Assembly: GCA_964016885.1 (NCBI GenBank)
Contig: OZ024761.1
Location: forward strand, 2,728,001-2,792,000
DNA length: 64,000 nucleotides
Source of the DNA: Eledone cirrhosa
Lineage: Eukaryota
Reading direction: 5' to 3'
Shown in pieces: positions 1 through 13,123 of the stretch. Both the position numbers and the translations under genes were made by a program. The first letter of the stretch is position 1. Each line of letters begins with the position of its first letter. Below the pieces are notes generated by a model. That model saw nothing but the letters and a program-made list of their open reading frames with translations, had not been told where the DNA came from and made no database searches.

Positions 1-208
1 TTTTGTTCAACACTGACAAATGAACGATGTACTAGTTTCAAGCTTATTAGCTGTCGTTAGCAACGTATACCTTCCTGCCAGATGATTGAACGTCTGAAAG
101 TATATACTTTCCTTATGCATATTAACGGCTGAGCAGCCCAATTTGCATATCGAGTGAGTTTAGTCGGCCGGGCGCACCGAAATCGATAAATGGAAAAAAT
201 GAAATGAA
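1..208 (-). mobile_element. Partial copy of ~415-bp non-coding HHR-containing retrozyme-like element (cut by window edge)
   Basis: Reverse complement matches 12525-12790 and 23580-23790. HHR at 24-66 (-): acgttg-CTAACGA-cagctaataagctt-GAAAC-TA-GTA-catcgt, with a G5A core change. Confidence 0.75.
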
Positions 209-1186
<978 letters not shown>

Positions 1187-1232
1187 ATTCGTAATTTGAA
1201 CTCGGGAATTTTATATTCTCCGAGTGAAAAGA

Positions 1233-1319
1233 ACCTTCTGACGAGAGTTTATCTTTTCAATGGAAGGCCGCAAGGACTGTCCATTTATTTTTGAAACCCG
1301 AAACCGATTCGGTAAAGGT
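1233..1319 (+). ncRNA. Type I hammerhead ribozyme motif (solo PLE-type terminus between TA tracts)
   Basis: Stem I acctt/aaggt, CTGACGA at 1238-1244, long imperfect stem II, GAAAC-CGA-T-TCG-GTA. Confidence 0.75.
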
Positions 1320-1410
1320 AACTATAGTAAGTACAGTGAATTTTTTGAAATTTATTTTGAAACTTTTTCTTATTTGCTAAACCTTAATTAATTATATATA
1401 TATATATATA

Positions 1411-1633
1411 GAATCACAGGAATCAAAGTTATGTTCAAACCATTTATTAGCTTACAATTGTTTCATCCAAACCGAGGTTTGGAGTCTTCGGAGCATTTTT
1501 CAATGTTTGTATACATATGGTCACGTATGTATACAAACATTGAAAAATTCTCCGAAGACCTCAAACCTCGGTTTGGATGAAACAATTGTAAGCTTATAAA
1601 GGGTTTAAACATAACTTTGATTCCTGTGAATTC
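1411..1633. mobile_element. Fold-back non-autonomous PLE-terminus element with two HHR motifs (CCGAAGA core)
   Basis: ~107-bp inverted arms around ~1521, next to (TA)n. HHR gct-CCGAAGA-ctccaaacctcggtttggat-GAAAC-AATT-GTA-agc closely matches the PLE end at 63773-63850. Confidence 0.8.
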
Positions 1634-1902
1634 TATATAACTGCTCTGTAGAACAACTGATGTTATTACATTGAGCTATTTATCTTACTGGTAATAAGGT
1701 AGTAATAAATTACTGTCTTTCACTGTTTAGGGTTTAAAATATATATAACTATAAATAGTTTTAGTATATACATAACCATAAATAGTATCCTTAATACTAT
1801 ATATATATATATAGTAATAATAATAAATTTGAAGACTAAAATCCAAAGAGGTCGATAATGATAAATATATATCAAATATATAAGAACCGTAGAGTAAATA
1901 TT

Positions 1903-2078
1903 TATTAAAATAACAGATTAAAGTTTAAGCAAAGAATCGCTGCTTTCACCCTTAACGGGATCTTCTGAAACTAACAAAGTCAAGCTGTGAACGCAGATTG
2001 ACTTTGTTAGTTTCAGAAGATTCCGTTAAGGGTGAAAGCAGCGATTGTTTGCTTAAACTTTAATCTGTTATTTTAATA
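1903..2078. mobile_element. Fold-back element with degenerate HHR-like motif
   Basis: ~85-bp inverted arms around ~1990, ending at (TA)n; CAGAAGA-tcc..ggg-t-GAAAG. Confidence 0.65.
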
Positions 2079-2244
2079 TATATATATATATATATATATC
2101 AAGTAAGTATGTTTTGAAACAGTGAGCGAGTTTGAAATTAGAAAATATATAGCTTTCACCGTATTTTTAACTAAAGGAATTTTAGCTTGATAACGGGGTT
2201 TACAACCCTCAGATAAATGGAAAAAGATGAGTATTGACGTACAT

Positions 2245-2709
<465 letters not shown>

Positions 2710-3034
2710 TTAAATATTTTCAAAGTCTAACCGTTTAACTTTCGAAAAAAAACCCCCACACTTTATCTTTCCCTCCTTATAAATCTTTTTTTAGTGGCTA
2801 TCACTGGCTGTTATGATTCATGAGACGTTTCCCTAGATATATTGTAGTATCATACAATTTAAAATTTTAGAACACTTTAAATATGCAACGTTTTTTCTGA
2901 CTCACACACTCTCTAATGAATTCATTACATTTTCGGACTCTCACACAGATATTATATAAGTAAAATTTTCTATCGGGTAATCACTACCTTGATTAAATCT
3001 TAACCATTTAACATCTCAGGGTATGTCATGTATC

Positions 3035-3097
3035 ATTATATTTTGTCTGATGAGGACGAACTGTTGTACATCCGAAATATGCATAATAAAATGTAAT
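3035..3097 (+). ncRNA. Minimal type I hammerhead ribozyme
   Basis: Stem I attatattttgt/ataaaatgtaat, CTGATGA at 3047-3053, stem II gga/tcc, GAAA-T-ATGC-A-TA with palindromic stem III tatgcata. Confidence 0.8.
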
Positions 3098-3238
3098 TGA
3101 TCAAAAGAACATCTATTTTATTAATACTTATATTTTAATATTAATAACTCCTGAAAATTATTTTCCTTTGAGTGCTTCCAATCTACTATAAAACTCATTC
3201 TTTGACATAATCATCGAATTTTGTTTAACAACTTAATT

Positions 3239-3291
<53 letters not shown>

Positions 3292-3318
3292 ATCTATGTA
3301 TATATATCTATATATATC

Positions 3319-3370
<52 letters not shown>

Positions 3371-3505
3371 GATAAATCTACCAAAAGTTTACGGTAGTGT
3401 CCAATCCGTATGAAGAGCTCAATGTAATCCGGATATCATGAAAAGAGAAGATGCATTCAAAAACTACTTTCGGTGAAAAATAAACGGAAAACAGAGTCAA
3501 GATAC

Positions 3506-3893
3506 ATTATTAAAAAAATAATGAATAAACAAAGAAACAGTTCCTTATATAAAAAAAAATTCATTATTTTACGATCGTTTCTAGGATATATATGTGTTAG
3601 AGTTGGTATGCATATTCTATAGATCTATGTACAATATTTATACAAACTATCAGAGGGAATATACACACCTACACATATATATGCTGTCTTCAGAAATAAT
3701 CATTATTTCTGAAGACAGCATATATATGTGTAGGTATGTATATTCCCTCTGATAGTTTGTATAAATATTGTACATAGATCTATAGAATATGCATACCAAC
3801 TCTAACACATATATATCCTAGAAACGATCGTAAAATAATGAATTTTTTTAATATAAGGAACTGTTTCTTTGTTTATTCATTATTTTTTTAATA

Positions 3894-3895
<2 letters not shown>
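3506..3895. mobile_element. Near-perfect 390-bp palindrome with two head-to-head HHRs
   Basis: ~195-bp arms with axis at 3701. + strand HHR at 3701-3840: cattattt-CTGAAGA-(~105-nt stem II)-GAAAC-GATC-GTA-aaataatg. Right end abuts (TA)n. Confidence 0.85.
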
Positions 3896-3947
<52 letters not shown>

Positions 3948-4198
3948 ATACATTAACGGAGCCATAGACTCTCGCCGTTCCCTGTAAATAATGTGCTCAA
4001 AGGAGAGGAAATCCTGGGCACTTTAGAATACAATATGTTGAAAAGATAACACACTAGAGAGAGATATACAGTGCGCTATCAATAAAACAGGGAAAAACCA
4101 CCAGTCTATGGAATCTATAACCTATGAAAGGCAGAATATAGACACGATAATTAAAAATATAAATTAAAGCGTAAATAAATACCTCTATAACTATATAA

Positions 4199-4278
4199 CA
4201 CACGTACAAATCCGAAGTGATCTGTTTCGCCATTAAGTTGTTGAGCGAAGTGAAATAACCCAGGTTCATCAGCGTGTG
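4199..4278 (-). ncRNA. Type I hammerhead ribozyme with stable stem III
   Basis: Minus strand: cacacg-CTGATGA-...-GAAAC-AGATC-acttcg-GATTT-GTA-cgtgtg. Confidence 0.75.
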
Positions 4279-4614
4279 TAAGGCTATACATTTCAGACAA
4301 CACTAAGAGAATTTTTAAAGCGACCGTCCAACTACACGTGGGAGAGAGAAGTCACAGCGTGTTTAAGGGCAGTGAACCAGTGGCCTCTGAGGGACGAGCT
4401 GCTATAAAGGGCACCCCCCAAAAAACACTCAGAGAAGTGTGCTCAATCAAACAGAGAGAGAAGAAAGACTGTTATAAGGAGCGAAATATCACGATACATG
4501 TAAAGAAGGTAAGTTAAGGAAAGTGAAGAACAAGAGTTTATGGAGGATAAGTGTCTGAAAGTGGGCTAAGTTTATATGAACTGGAAAGCAAGTTTGATTT
4601 CGTGTGTGGGCAAC

Positions 4615-4797
4615 TGGTGAATTGGCAGTATCGATAGAGGGTCGAACGCCATGCTTTGACGCATAGACTTACGGCCCTTGCCATTCTGAGTTCAAATCCC
4701 GCCGAGGTTAACTTTGCCTTTCATCCTTACCGGGTCGATAAAATAAAGTACCAGGAACGTACTGGGTAAATGCTGGCCTTGTGCCAATAGTAGAAAC

Positions 4798-4801
<4 letters not shown>
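4615..4801 (+). mobile_element. tRNA-derived SINE, family 1
   Basis: B-box-like gagttcaaatccc followed by gccgaggttaactttgcctttcatccttac..gtcgataaaataaagtaccag; many copies in the window; core resembles the Meta-SINE domain from memory. Confidence 0.8.
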
Positions 4802-4877
<76 letters not shown>

Positions 4878-4922
4878 ATATATATACATATATATGAATA
4901 TATATATATGTATATATATATG

Positions 4923-4999
<77 letters not shown>

Positions 5000-5985
5000 A
5001 TATATATTTGCGATTAGCGATAAAATCATCTTTATGTTCCTTAAAAGTAACAAATAGTTGATCTTTCACATTGTTATATATTCTAAACTGTCGTCGTTTT
5101 TAGATTGGTAGCCATATTTTTTGCCAACCAAATTACTAGAAAATGCGGGGGTAAGTTTTTTAACGTTTTAAAAACATTAGTCTGAAAGAGTTGCAGGTTT
5201 TATTCTATGACGAACACTTATAACTGATTAGCCTTCGCAACCTTCGTAATTCTTTTATCGCAGCAAGAAGCTGTCTTGCTAATCCATTTGATAAGATCTT
5301 CGTTGTTCTTTTATTACCTTAGTTAACGAGTCACTTAACGTAAGCTTTTCCGAACTGCTGTCGGAACATCATTTAAAAATATTTCAGAGTGTTGTTCTCT
5401 TTATAGTTTTTACAACTCTCTCTGTGAGCAGTGGTTAACAGATCAAGGAGAGCTACAGAGACTGGGGAATGTATTTATGAACAAGAAAATGCAATCAGTA
5501 CATAAAGTGGATTGTGTATTTTTTAACCGAAACTGAAACGGTCTATATTTTCCAAACAGTTAAAGAAATGTATTATACAAACAGAGATATTTGGAAACAT
5601 ATCCAGATATAATTGGTAACCTTGCATCGAGAACGAATCGATTGTCATGTAATTTGTTGATTAAATTTTTCCTATATATTACCATGTGCAAATACATGTG
5701 ATATTTTCACGTATGTAGTATCATGATATAGAATAAATGAATAAATTTGAAAAATGAGAACGCAGATATAGAGTGCAGAGAAAAGGACGTTTGTTAATGA
5801 TGTCTTAATGGTGGTGTTAATATTGATGTGCTTTTAACATATATGCGTTATTTTGCCTTCAATTACATTTTGCCGATTTTAAATTATCTCTGGAAATATA
5901 TGTGACTGACTTAATCAATAACACAAGCCATAATTTATATCTAGGCCATGTGTTGCATCTTTAGCAAATGTATTCAATGAGATGT

Positions 5986-6115
5986 AGGTGGTGAATTGGC
6001 AAAGTAGTTAGAACGTCGGATAGAATGGTTTATGGTATTCGTTCCGACACTCTGCTCTCTCACTTCAACTCCCGCTGCGGTCATCTGTTCCTTTCATCCT
6101 TTTGAGCTAGATAAA
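5986..6115 (+). mobile_element. Degenerate, 3'-truncated SINE
   Basis: ggtggtgaattggcaaagtagttagaacgtcggatagaat...ctttcatccttttgag, similar to the SINE heads at 45198 and 49694. Confidence 0.6.
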
Positions 6116-7720
6116 CTGACACTAACACATATATACATATACTGACACTAACACATATATATATATAGACACTACCACATATATATATATTGACACTAAC
6201 ACACATATATATACTGACACTAACACATATATATATATACTGACACTAATACATATATATACTGACACTAATACACATATATATATACTGACACTAACAT
6301 ATATATATATATACTGACACTAACACATATATATACTGACACTAACACATATATATATACTGACACTAACACATATATATATACTGACACTAACATATAT
6401 ATATATACTGACACTAACACACATATATATACTGACACACAGATATATATATATACTGACACTAACACATATATATACTGACACTAACACATATATATAT
6501 ATACTGACACTAACACATATATATATATACTGACACTAATACATATATATACTGACACTAACACACATATATATATACTGACACTAACATATATATATAT
6601 ATACTGACACTAACACATATATATATACTGACACTAACACACATATATATATACTGACACTCACACACATATGTATACTGACACTAACATATATATATAT
6701 ACTGACACTAACACACATATATATATACTGACACTAACATATATATATATACTGACACTAACATATATATATATACTGACACTAACACATATATATATAT
6801 ACTGACACTAACACATATATATACTGACACTAACACATATATATATACTGACACTAACACATATATATATACTGACACTAACATATATATATATACTGAC
6901 ACTAACACACATATATAAACTGACACTAACACATATATATACTGACACTAATACATATATATACTGACACTAACACATATATATATACTGACACTAACAT
7001 ATATATATATACTGACACTAACACATATATATATATACTGACACTAACACACATATATATATACTGACACTAACACATACATATATATATACTGACACTA
7101 ATACATATATATATACTGACACTAATACACATATATATATACTGACACTAACACATATATATACTGACACTAACACACATATATATACTGACACTAACAC
7201 ATATATATATACTGACACTAACACATATATATATACTGACACTCACACACATATATATACTGACACTAACACATATATATATATACTGACACTAACATAT
7301 ATATATATATACTGACACTAACACATATATATATACTGACACTCACACACATATATATACTGACACTAACACATATATATATATACTGACACACATATAT
7401 ATATACTGACTATAACACATATATATATACTGACACTAACACGCATATATATACTGACACTAACATATATATATATACTGACACTAACACATATATATAT
7501 ATACTGACACTAACACACATATATATACTGACACTAACACACATATATACTGACACTAACACATATATATACTGACACTAACATATAAATACTGACACTA
7601 ACATATATATATATATATACTGACACTAACACATATATATATATATACTGACACTAACATATATATACTGACACTAACATATATATATATACTGACACTA
7701 ATATATATACTGACACTAAT
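6115..7720. repeat. Minisatellite ACTGACACTAAC(AC)(AT)n, unit ~22-28 bp
   Basis: Direct reading; fixed 12-mer plus a variable AT run. Confidence 0.95.
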
Positions 7721-7724
7721 AACA

Positions 7725-8235
7725 ATACACAAACGCACAATAGTGACCTAAGATAAAAATAAATAAATATACACAGGTACAATAACCACAACCACACCTA
7801 TACACTCACTAGTGACCATAGATAGAATACAACCACACACAGACTCAAACACGAACACATACACCAAAAAGAAAGCACGCACACAAACACATGCGCAAAC
7901 AGAGACAACAATAAATAAATAAATAATAGAATAAATAAACATTACAATACAACGGGAGGAAACATAATAGTATCACTGATGGTGTGATAGGTGTGTGACG
8001 AAAGAACTCTGAACAACACTCTCTCTATATTTTTTTAACTGTTCATCAATCAATGATAGACATTGATTGCCAGCTATATGGATATACAATATACAACCCA
8101 AACTAAACAGTGAGTGTGTTTTATTATTATTTCTGGAAATATTAAAACAATGTGACCCTCCCCAAGTATAACAATATTTGTTTCAACACACGATTTCATA
8201 TCAAAAACCTTGCAAAACAAATTCATCTCCGTCAT
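7725..8235 (+). mobile_element. Solo 3' end of a PLE related to family C, with degenerate HHR
   Basis: tca-CTGATGG..tgtgtgac-GAAAGAACTC-tga at ~7973-8012; terminal tgaccctcccc.aagtataacaatat..tttcaacacacg matches 29652-29727. Confidence 0.7.
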
Positions 8236-8324
8236 ATATATATATATATGTGTGTGTGTGTGTATGTAAACACACCAAGCACGTACACACACTCACTCAC
8301 GCACATATATATATATCTAATAAT

Positions 8325-8460
8325 ACAAGGGCGATTTGTTAAACCTTCATTACGTTTATTTATTGGTTACGCGCGTTTCACTAGTGTTCAGCTCAAGGTT
8401 CGATCTGTTTCTATCTCGCCCGACTCTAGAATCAAAAGCTTGTCGGAGCTCCGCTGTTCA
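8325..8460 (+). repeat. Dispersed repeat, possibly a MITE; other copies at ~20360-20515 and ~41140-41278
   Basis: Shared ccttcattacgttta..ttgg..acgcg..cagctcaaggttcgatctg; the other two copies end in acactccctg next to TA. Confidence 0.5.
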
Positions 8461-8974
8461 GACCTGTCAACACTTCCTGTCCGACGGTGAGATCTCACAC
8501 CCACTTTGGGGTTGGTGAGATATGTCTTCTCTTGTGAAAATGAGTATAGCCTATCATTATGTAAAATCTGCCCCTTTTGCCTCATTTTCCTCCGTTTTTC
8601 ATGGTTCTCCCTGCTGGGGTTTTTAGATGTTAGCAGGTGTGAAATATGTATATGGGACTCACATATTTTCAACTTTTCTCGGTTAAAATACTCCCAGTAC
8701 TTCGATAATTCATGATAAATATATATATAAATAATTTCTGGTTTAATTTAGTGAAAAATGTAGCTTCTCTACGTTTGTTTCTCATGTAAATGCTGTCGTT
8801 ATAGTAGCAGAAGATTGTAGCTTGTACACTGTTTCAAATGTGTCGGCCATGATGTGTTTTTCGTCATTGTCATCATTGAGAGACTTAACACGTGACTATT
8901 TGATGTCAACGTACAAAAAGTCTATATATAGTCATTTCCAATTCTGCATTATATGCTTTTCTTCTGCTTTCTAC

Positions 8975-9226
8975 TTTCTTCTTCTTCTTCTTCTTCTTCT
9001 TCTTCTTCTTCTCCTTCTCCTTCTTCTTCTTCTTCTTCTTCTTCTTCTTCTTCTTCTTCTTCTTCTTTTTCTTCTTTTTTTCTTCTTTTTCTTTGTCTTC
9101 CTTTTCTTCATTTTCTTCATTTTCTTTTTCTTTTTCTTCTTTTCTTCTTTTTCATTTTTTTCTTTTTCTTTTTCTTCATTTTCTTCTTCTTTTTCTTCTT
9201 TTTCTTTTTCTTCTTTTTCTTCTTCA
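8975..9226. repeat. (CTT)n / T-rich low-complexity tract
   Basis: Direct reading. Confidence 0.95.
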
Positions 9227-9271
9227 TCGAGATGTTGGCCTAACTTAAATAAGTCAGTTTTACACGCAGAG

Positions 9272-9370
9272 TTCTCCAGCCGAGGTTTCTGGAATTGAAG
9301 AAACATTAATTATTCAAAAACATCGGAATAACTAATATTGGAAGATTGACAATTCTGTCATCAGGGGGAA
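9272..9370 (-). ncRNA. Degenerate HHR motif
   Basis: Minus strand: ttcccc-CTGATGA-cagaattg...caattcca-GAAAC-CTCG-GCT-ggagaa; cleavage triplet mutated. Confidence 0.5.
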
Positions 9371-9459
9371 AATTATTTGGAATAAGAAAAGAAGTTGAAT
9401 ATATATGATATATACCATGTCATTGCTGAACCGGTGTGCGGCGCGTGGCATCGTTGATT

Positions 9460-9509
<50 letters not shown>

Positions 9510-9540
9510 TATCTAATTATATATATATATATATACTATC

Positions 9541-9592
<52 letters not shown>

Positions 9593-9598
<6 letters not shown>

Positions 9599-10220
9599 CG
9601 GAACAAGCAAACATTAAACAATCTTTTAAATAAATTAAAATGTGATTTAAATATTTACCTCTTCTAGTGCCATGACCGACGGTTTCGCTTATCAAAAGAT
9701 TGGAAATTCTCTGAATTTCCAATGGAAAGATATAGCTCTTCAGATAGCTTTTCCAAATTTAATTTATTTAAAAGATTGTTTAATGCTTGCTTGTTCCGCT
9801 CATATTTACAGTTCTGGTATCTCAAACTAGTACCATAGAACAACCACTATTATAGACACCATATATATTTCCGTGGGTACCTAGTACCCACTGGGATATC
9901 TATATCATTTATCTAATTCTCCTTAATGTAGAGAAAAAAATATGCTATATCATGCTGCTATTTCTAGCAGCATGAAATATCAGCGAGTCTATAATTCCCG
10001 CTTTTTCTAACGGTCCAATAAGTGTGTGGGTTATTTTAAGGACTTGATTCATTCACTGGGCAGAGGGTGATATATCTACATCTATACGGACTTATGTCTA
10101 GTAGATTTGGAAAAGCTATCTGAAGAGCTATATCTTTCCATTGGAAATTCTCTGAATTTCCAATCTTTTGATAAGCGAAACCATCGGTCATGGCACTAGA
10201 AGAGGTAAATGCTTAAACAT
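9593..10220. mobile_element. PLE-terminus rearrangement with overlapping inverted repeats and two HHRs
   Basis: 9593-9637 is inverted against 9758-9803, and 9640-9758 against 10104-10220. HHR (+) at 10115-10194: gctat-CTGAAGA-gct..agc-GAAAC-CATCG-GTC-atggc, with a mirror copy at ~9669-9748 (-). Confidence 0.75.
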
Positions 10221-11156
10221 TCCTTCTAAGTAAAAATTAAACTTTACATACATATTAAATTCTCTGTACATTTTCGTTGACTTAATACATTTTTTGTGAA
10301 TGTTTCCTATCTTGATTGAACTATCTGAATGTACAAAATAATCTTCTCAAATAAAATTTAAAACTAAAAATTTCATAAATATATATTGAAAATGTAAACA
10401 CAAAATTCTCCGTAACCATTAACATATATAAAAATATTTAAATTATCTAACTAGTGAAAATAACAACATATATACTCACCAAAAATATTTATATAAATAC
10501 TCTCAATTTTTTAAAATTTTAAATTGGTATTCTACCACTTCAACACATTTTTAACTCTCATATTATTTTATAGATACTACCAAAATATATAATTATATTA
10601 ATAAATAATTAAATATAATTATATCACTCTCTTTGCACCATCACTGATATGATCCATACAATTTTATCTTAATAATAATAGTGTATTTCTAACTATAATT
10701 TTTTCTTATAATCATTCCTTAAATTTTCTTACACCCTAATATTAATATTAGCCTCTCTTTTTTTCTTCTTCCATTTATAAATTATCCTAATAACTATTTA
10801 AATTTACCTAGCGTCTAAATATAACGATCTCTTTTCAGCTTTACGTTGCAACCTCATTTACATATTCATGCTAAAGATTTGAAATTTTTCTTTCACTATC
10901 CAAACTGAACCTGAACCGATAAGGTCTGGTTTCTTGGGTATGTCACCATTTATGAAACAAATTTTGTATTTTATCTGATGAGAGCGTACCAAAATGTTGG
11001 TACACTTGAAATATATGTAATAAAATAAATATCGTTTTATAAAGATAGTTTCCATTTATTAATATCATTGATATTATACTTCAGAAAACTTGTTGAGTGC
11101 TTCGAATCTGTTATAAATAAATTTGTTGAATAACCAACCAATTCAATATCTCTTTG

Positions 11157-11197
<41 letters not shown>

Positions 11198-11294
11198 TGT
11201 GTGTGTGTGTGTATTGGTATATTGTGTGCATGTGTGCGTGTGCTCTCAGAAATATAAATAATAAAACAAACCGCAAATATAGATCAGTCAAAAA

Positions 11295-11500
<206 letters not shown>

Positions 11501-12121
11501 CATATATATTGGCTGCTTCCTGAAGAGTTCATTTGAAATATTACCCTTGATAGGTTATCTCTAAACAGAGAAACTGGAGATATAACAGACGATCAATGTT
11601 GATTCTTTGTTGTCCATCTTTGATATTATTTCATCTCAGTGTTTTAAAGTATTTTAGTTAAGCTAATGGGATTTCATATTAGCAAAGACTAGTTTCACGT
11701 GTTTCTAATTGCTTCTTATATTTGAGAAGAACTCCCCCTCACTCTCACCCCTCTCACTCCTCACTCCTCTCTCTCTCTCTAGCTATGCATCTATATATCT
11801 TACCATCTCTCTCTCTTTCTCTCTCTCTTTCTATATATCTCTCTCTCTTTTTCTCTATCTTTCTATATCTTTTTCTCTCTCGCCCTATCTATCTTTCTCT
11901 ATCTCTCTCTTTTTTCGCTCTCTCTCTCTGTATGACACTAACGGTTTACGAATGCTTGCTTCTGTGTGTGTGTGAGTGTATATATAGGTACGTATGTGTG
12001 TGTATGTGCATATATTCAAACATAGTACAAATATATCGCTATATATCTTATACATATGTGTCTGCATGTTTTCAAACATACGTACAAATCTATCTCTATA
12101 CATAGACGAGTATGTGTGTGT

Positions 12122-12206
<85 letters not shown>

Positions 12207-12210
<4 letters not shown>

Positions 12211-13030
12211 TATGTATACGTAGATACATATATGTATACAGACGTACAGTAGTATGTATATACATACATACACACATATATATATGTACGTATGGGTTTA
12301 CCGAACATTTATTATAATGTTCGGTTTGTTTGTAAACAAACAGCCCGAATTACAGCCCGAATTTTTTACAAACAAACCGAACATTATAATAAATGTTCGG
12401 TAAACCCATACGTACATATATATACGTGTGCATGTATGTATATACATACTACTGTACGTCTGTATACATATATGTATGTACGTATATATACTTATATATA
12501 AGTATCAGCCGTACTAAGAGTGAGAAATTTCATTTCATTTCATTCTTTTCCATTTATCGTTTTCGGTACGCCCGGCCCACTAACTCGCCCGATATGCGAA
12601 TTAGGCTGCTCAGCCGTTAATATGCATAAGGAAAGTATATACTTTCAAACATCCAATCATCTGACAGAAAGGTATACGATGCTAATAAGCTTGAAACTAG
12701 TTGACGATAGCTAATAAGCTTGATGCTGACGATAGCTATTAAGCTTGAAACTAGTACATCGTTCCTTTGTCAGTGTTGAACAAAAGGGCAACGATGGTTG
12801 CCGAACACTGTACGGCTTAATTTGGGCTGTTTGTTTAGAAACAAACCGAACATTATAATAAATGTTCGGTAAACCCATACGTACATATATATATGTGTGC
12901 ATGTATGTATGTATATACATACTACTGTAAGTCTTTATACATATATGTATGTACGTATACATACTTATATATAAGTAACAGCCGTACTAAGAGTGAGAAA
13001 TGAAATTTCTTTTCATTCTTTTCCATTTAT
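12207..13030 (+). mobile_element. Retrozyme-like non-coding element: inverted partial unit plus ~1.4 tandem units, with HHR
   Basis: 12207-12345 is inverted against 12365-12503, and 12370-12560 repeats at 12840-13030. HHR at 12722-12760: gatg-CTGACGA-tagctattaagctt-GAAAC-TA-GTA-catc. Flanked by (TA)n. Confidence 0.8.
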
Positions 13031-13040
13031 ATATATATAC

Positions 13041-13091
<51 letters not shown>

Positions 13092-13092
13092 C

Positions 13093-13122
<30 letters not shown>

Positions 13123-13123
<1 letters not shown>

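Noticed and set aside
4615-4720. tRNA gene
   Set aside because: Only a B-box-like SINE head, with no cloverleaf, continuing into the SINE body.
6115-7720. CRISPR-like array (constant repeat plus variable spacer)
   Set aside because: Spacers are only (AT)n length variants, the context is eukaryotic, and no cas genes are present.
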